Shown one piece after another: positions 58,855-64,000 of a DNA stretch of 64,000 nt (position 1 is its first letter; every line of letters starts with the position of its first letter). The DNA is from Callorhinchus milii (taxonomy: Eukaryota), in NCBI RefSeq assembly GCF_018977255.1, contig NW_024704766.1, forward strand, positions 7,502,001 through 7,566,000. Direction: 5' to 3'. Under the pieces are notes generated by a model. The model worked only from the letters and a program-made list of their open reading frames with translations, was not told where the DNA came from and searched no databases. The position numbers and the translations under genes were made by a program.

Positions 58855-60240
58855 ACACACACGTACACACACCTCAACATACACACACCCTGACATACGC
58901 ACACATACACACACCCCGACATACGCACACCCCGACATACACACACATACGCACACCCCGACATACACGCACATACGCACACCCCGACATACGCGCACAC
59001 CCCGACATACGTACACACCCCGACATACGCGCACATATGCGCATTTCGACACCCGCGCAGCCCGCCACACACACCCACGCATCCCGCCACACACACCCCG
59101 CTATAACACGCATACCCCGTCATGTGCACGCGCACACACAACCCGACGGGCGCGCACACACACCAATGCGCGCACATCGACCCTGCCACACACATTGCCG
59201 CGCACACCCCGACGCACACACACGTGCATCCCCTGAAATACCCACACCCCGACATACACACATGCCGGCATACACACACACACCCCAGCATACACAGACG
59301 GACACCTCTGCATATACACACACACGCATGCGCACAGCCCAGCATATACATGAGCACACCCTGGTGCATACACATGCTCGTACACCCCAGCATATACACA
59401 CACACATACCCTGGCATACACACAAACCCCAGCATACACACCCACCTCAGCATACATACATACACGCACATCCTGGCATACACACACACACACCAGCATA
59501 CCCACCCACCCCAGCATACACACATGCACATTCTGGCATACACATGAACACACCCCGGCATTCACACACATGCGCACACCCCTGCATACACACGCATGCA
59601 CACCCTGGCATTAACACACACCCCAGCATACACAGGCACACGAACACACACACACACCGGCATACACATGGACATACACACACCGACACACACGCGCGCC
59701 CCGACACACACGCGCGCCCCGACACACACGCGCGCCCCGACACACACGCGCGCCCCGACACACACGCGCGCCCCGACACACACGCGCGCCCCGACACACA
59801 CGCGCGCCCCGACACACGCGCGCCCCGACACACACGCGCGCCCCGACATACACAGACACGCCTTGACATACACACATGCAAGTACACCCTGGCATACACA
59901 CACACACACCCCAGCATACACACCCAGCATACACCTATCCTGGCATACACACACACACCCGACATATACACACATACCCCAGCGCACACACATACACACC
60001 CCCTGACATATACACACACCCCAGCATAAACACACATCCCGGGATACACACACAGACCCCAGCATACACACACACCCTGACATACACACACCCCAATATA
60101 CACACACCCCGATATACACACACACACGCCCCAACATACACATTCACACCCCCCAACATACACACTCACACCTTGACATACACATAACACACACCCCGAC
60201 ATACACACACGTACAGACATACACCCCGACATACATACAT
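58855..60240. repeat. CA-rich compound minisatellite with a CCCCGACACACACGCGCG x9 core at 59683-59848
   Basis: Visible; the source of the long spurious His/Thr and Cys/Val ORFs. Confidence 0.95.
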
Positions 60241-60244
60241 CCCC

Positions 60245-60660
60245 AACAACAACAAAATCATTGTTTCGGATCTGAGCTGGGGGTCGTTATCGGGGCTGGT
60301 GGAGGGCAGGGGGGAGAAGGAGAGTAACCGAAGGCACGGTGGAAGCGGAGGGTGTTGAGACTGGTCTTGAAAGAAGTGAGGGAAGGGGTGAGATGGAGGA
60401 ACTGTGGAGTAGAGTTCCAGAGTGGGGGTCAGAGTGGCAGAAGGCCCGCCTGCTAATGATGGGCGGGCCAGGCGGCAGACATGAAGCAGGCCGGAGCCCG
60501 CTGAGGGGAGGGAGCGAGCAGGATGGTAGGGGGTTAGGAGGTCGGAGAGGTAGGGGGGAGCAAGACCATGGAGGGCTTTGAAGGTGAGGACCAGGATCTT
60601 GAACTGTATCCTCTGTGTGATGGAAAGCCAGTGGAGTCGGGCGAGGATGGGGGTGATAGA
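60245..60660 (-). mobile_element. L2 LINE 3' fragment
   Basis: ITPILARLHWLSITQRIQFKILVLTFKALHGLAPPYLSDLL. Confidence 0.88.
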
Positions 60661-61134
60661 TACATATTCCAACACACATAGACACACACTCACAAACATT
60701 GACCAACCAACACACACACTCAACGCATAGCCAGACACAGGCACACAGATACAGACAGCCACATGGGACCATGACAACAGAGAATTACATCATCGAATGT
60801 CCTCCAGCTGTGGATAAACATCTGTTATATAATTTCTCTCCATCACAGCAAAAAACAATTAACATTTATATAGTGCCTTTATAACATTTATATAGAAGAA
60901 AATTTCAGTTGATGTGTTTGTGAGGATTCTTGAGTACATGTTTCTTCTGGAAACGTTCCAGTTAATTCACAAGATCAGGAGCTGCTGTGTGCGGAAGGTG
61001 ATGCAATTGTTTATTTCTACAGCAGAAATGGGGCCCTGTCAGGTTATCACTGTGCGTCCACACTCCCAGGTCAGGGTTAGAGACACAGTATGGGATTATT
61101 ACACCCGGAAACGTGTTCCGCCAATCGACTAACA

Positions 61135-62740
61135 ACAACAGGATTATATTTGTATGGACAGTGACAGCATTTCAGACCCGAGCTGGGGTCGGGGAGAGTG
61201 ACCAATGGTATGGTCGAAGAGGAGAGTCTAGAGGTGGGACTTGAAGGAGGTTAAGGAGGGGGTGAGGCGGAGTGATTGGGGGATGGAATTCCAGAGGTTG
61301 GGGGCAGAGTGGCTGAAGGCTCTCCCGCCAATGGTGGGGCGGGTGGGTCGGGGGACGTGGAGCAGCCAGAGCCGGCTGAGCAGAGGGAACGGGCGGGTTG
61401 GTAGGGGGTTAGGAGGTGGCAGAGGTAGGGTGGGGCGAGGCCATGGAGGACTTTGTATGTGAGGACCAGGATCTTGAACTGGATCCTCTGAAGGATAAGG
61501 AGCCAATGGAGTCGGGCGAGAGTGGGGGAGATGGGGTCACAGAGTTTGGTGTGGAAGAGGACACGGGCTGCAAAGTTAGTTCTGGATTATCTGCAGTCTG
61601 TGGAGGGAGGAGTTGGGAAGGCCGACACGCAGGGTGTTTGCGTAGTCGAGCCTGGAGATGATGAATGGATAAACAAGAGTTTCAGTGGCCTGAGGGGTGA
61701 GGTAGTGGCAGAGTCGGGCCATGTTACGGAGGTGAGGGAAGGCCGAGCGGGTCAAGGCTTGGATGTGGAGGAGAAAAGACAGTTGAGGGTCAAACAAGAC
61801 ACCTCGGTTCCTGACTGGCGGTGAGTTGTAGTGTCCAACCATGGAGGGTGATGTTGCCGGAGCCTGAGGTGCGGAGGCGCTGGTTTGAGCCAATCAGGAG
61901 GGTCTCAGTCTTATTCACATTCAACTGTAGGAAATTTGCCCTCATCCAGGACTTGATGTCCGACAGACAGTCTGTCAGGACAGCAGTGGTCCTGGAGTTG
62001 AGGGTGGAGGCAGAAAGATAGAGTTGGGTGTCATCCCATACATGTGGAAGTTGACCCCATGTCTGCGGATGATGTCACCGAGGGGGACCATGTAGATATT
62101 AAAGAGGAGACAAGGACAGAGCCCTGGGGGACGCCAGACGTGACAGTGCGGGGGCTGGAGGAGAAACCGTTAGAGGCAACAAAGTGGAGACGGTGAGAGA
62201 GACAGGAATCGAGCCAGGCAAGGGCAGGTCCGCGAAGATTAAGTAAGGAGGAGAGGCGGTGTATGAGGATGGAGTGGTCGACAGTGTTGAAGGCGGCAGA
62301 GAGGTCGAGGAGGACAAAGAGACAGAGGGAGTCCTGTCACAAATGTTCAGAATGTCATTAGTGACTTTGACCCCCAGGGCTGTTTCAGTGCTGTCGGCAG
62401 AGCGGAAGCCGGATTGGAGGGGTTCAAAGAGAGAATGGCGAGAGAGAAAAGAGCAGAGCTGGGACGTTCCAGGACCTTGGAGAGAAATGGGAGGTTAGAG
62501 ATGGGGGATAGCTGGAGAGGAGGGATGGGTCCAGGGAAGGTTTTTCAGGATGCGGGTGATGACGGCTGTTTTTAGGGGGGCGGGAACTGAACTGGTGGAC
62601 AGGGAGAGGTTGATGACGTCGGACAGGAGAGGGTAAGAAGGTCGAGCTGGGAGATGAGGAGAGAGGTGGGGATGGGATCGAGGGAGCAGGTGGTGGGTTT
62701 GAGTTTGCGAACGATGGTGGTGAGGGAGGAGGGAGAGATA
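61135..62740 (-). mobile_element. L2 LINE ~1.6 kb RT-domain fragment
   Basis: [11 protein letters not shown]-like motif, [49 protein letters not shown]. Confidence 0.9.
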
Positions 62741-64000
62741 GGGTTCCTACTTACTGCTAGGTAAACAGCGTGTGGAGTAAGGAAACTTGTCTAACGTTTT
62801 GGCCTGCCGGGAATCGAACCGCTGAGCTTCCCAACTCCACTAATCTAAGGATGGGCTGGTTGGGCATCAATTTTGTTGAGTTGCTCAGTAACTCATGGGA
62901 GGGTAGCTATGCATTGGGAGGTATGACTAACACTGAAACTCTTGTTTAATTATAATTTAATCTGATGTTTAAATCAAAGCCCAAAACAATTGTGGTTCTA
63001 GCTGGACAAGCAGTGGGAAAGCTTACCATTCAATCAATGGCAAACTGGACGGTTTTAGCTGGTCAGACTCCAGCAGATTTCCCCAACGTATACTCTGGGC
63101 TCCCCCCCCCCCAAGCCTTGGCTCTTGCCAACCTAAGCTGTGTAACCTCACTGAGATTCCTTATGAGAATTAATTAATTGCAGCGTCCACCGCCAACCCC
63201 CCTCCACACACATACACAGACGCGCACACAGAGACACACACACAGACGCAAACAATAACACACACAACCCGCAGTCACTACCTGACTCAATAAACAGATA
63301 AAATAATAATTCAGTTATAACGTCACTATGTCTGAAGAACTTCGCAGGGAGTTGATGCACAGTGTAGTGACTGTGTGTTGGTTGACAAACATGGCAGTAA
63401 TTTTACACACAGACATGAAATGAGTGATGTATCTGGGGAGATTGTCGGGCAGGTCACCAGAGGGAGGCATCTCCTGTCTCTTTTCTGACATCCCCATAGG
63501 ATTGTTGATGTCTGTCTGAACAGGGCACAGTTTGAAGTCTTATCAAAGAACAGCAACCCCCAAAGCAGCACTCCACCCCCTTTCCCTTTCCCCTCCCCCA
63601 GTGCTACACTGGAGCATCAGCCTGCACTGTAAGATAGTGAGTTAAGTTTAGAAGCTGAGAATGGTACCAAAAATAGGCTTTAATTAGTGCAGGGTATGTG
63701 TGCGTCTCTCTCTCTCCCCACCTATTACGAGTGAGTGTGTGTGTGTCTTTCTCCCCCCTTATCTTCCTTAGTGTGTGTGGGGTGGGGGGGGGAGTGGCTG
63801 CCTCTCCCCCCAATATCTGAAGTTATATTGTCTTTGCAAACCCTACATTTACCCTGTGCTCCCGGCTGGAGAGAGAGAGAGAGAGAGAGAGAGATGTTTA
63901 AGGTTTCTGCCTTACCCCAGGCATTAAATGGCGCTGAGTTCGAGCCAGTGACACACACAACATTTACCCACCAGCAGATTAAGGAGATCTTTGATCTCTA

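Noticed and set aside
58798-60232. ORFs of 250-330 aa (His/Thr/Pro or Cys/Val)
   Set aside because: CA/GT repeat translations with no coding complexity.
63968-64000. Alternative SCN2B exon 1 end (..EIKDLLNLLV G|gtaaat) at the window edge
   Set aside because: Phase is compatible, but the start lies outside the window and I see no homology; cannot be evaluated.

Overview
This is vertebrate genomic DNA, not prokaryotic, and probably from a cartilaginous fish (inferred from the L2/CR1 LINE tails and Deu-domain-type SINE remnants). It has several N-gaps. The window holds the tandem minus-strand pair of voltage-gated sodium channel beta-subunit genes. SCN2B exons 2-4 are clear at 53.1-54.7 kb, with a probable extra 3' exon and an uncertain exon 1. 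SCN4B exon 3 is at 43 kb and exons 4-5 at 22.5-23.3 kb, followed by a ~4 kb 3'UTR. SCN4B has two different candidate leader exons, and its exon 2 is not visible. The middle of the window is dominated by two near-identical inverted duplications: 13156-23463 vs 31806-42059, and 27555-31780 vs 43456-47689. They include an antisense copy of SCN4B exons 4-5. Internal evidence (shared gap positions, homopolymer indels, a split L2 and a split minisatellite) favours haplotype or mis-assembly over a real fold-back, but this needs reads. The rest is 5'-truncated L2 LINEs, a tRNA-derived SINE family sharing the L2 tail, CR1 tails, a decayed hAT transposase and many minisatellites. There are also two promoter-like CpG-rich sites (3.4-3.7 kb and 11.8-12.2 kb) that may belong to unidentified genes. 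Exon coordinates were read base by base; repeat boundaries are approximate.
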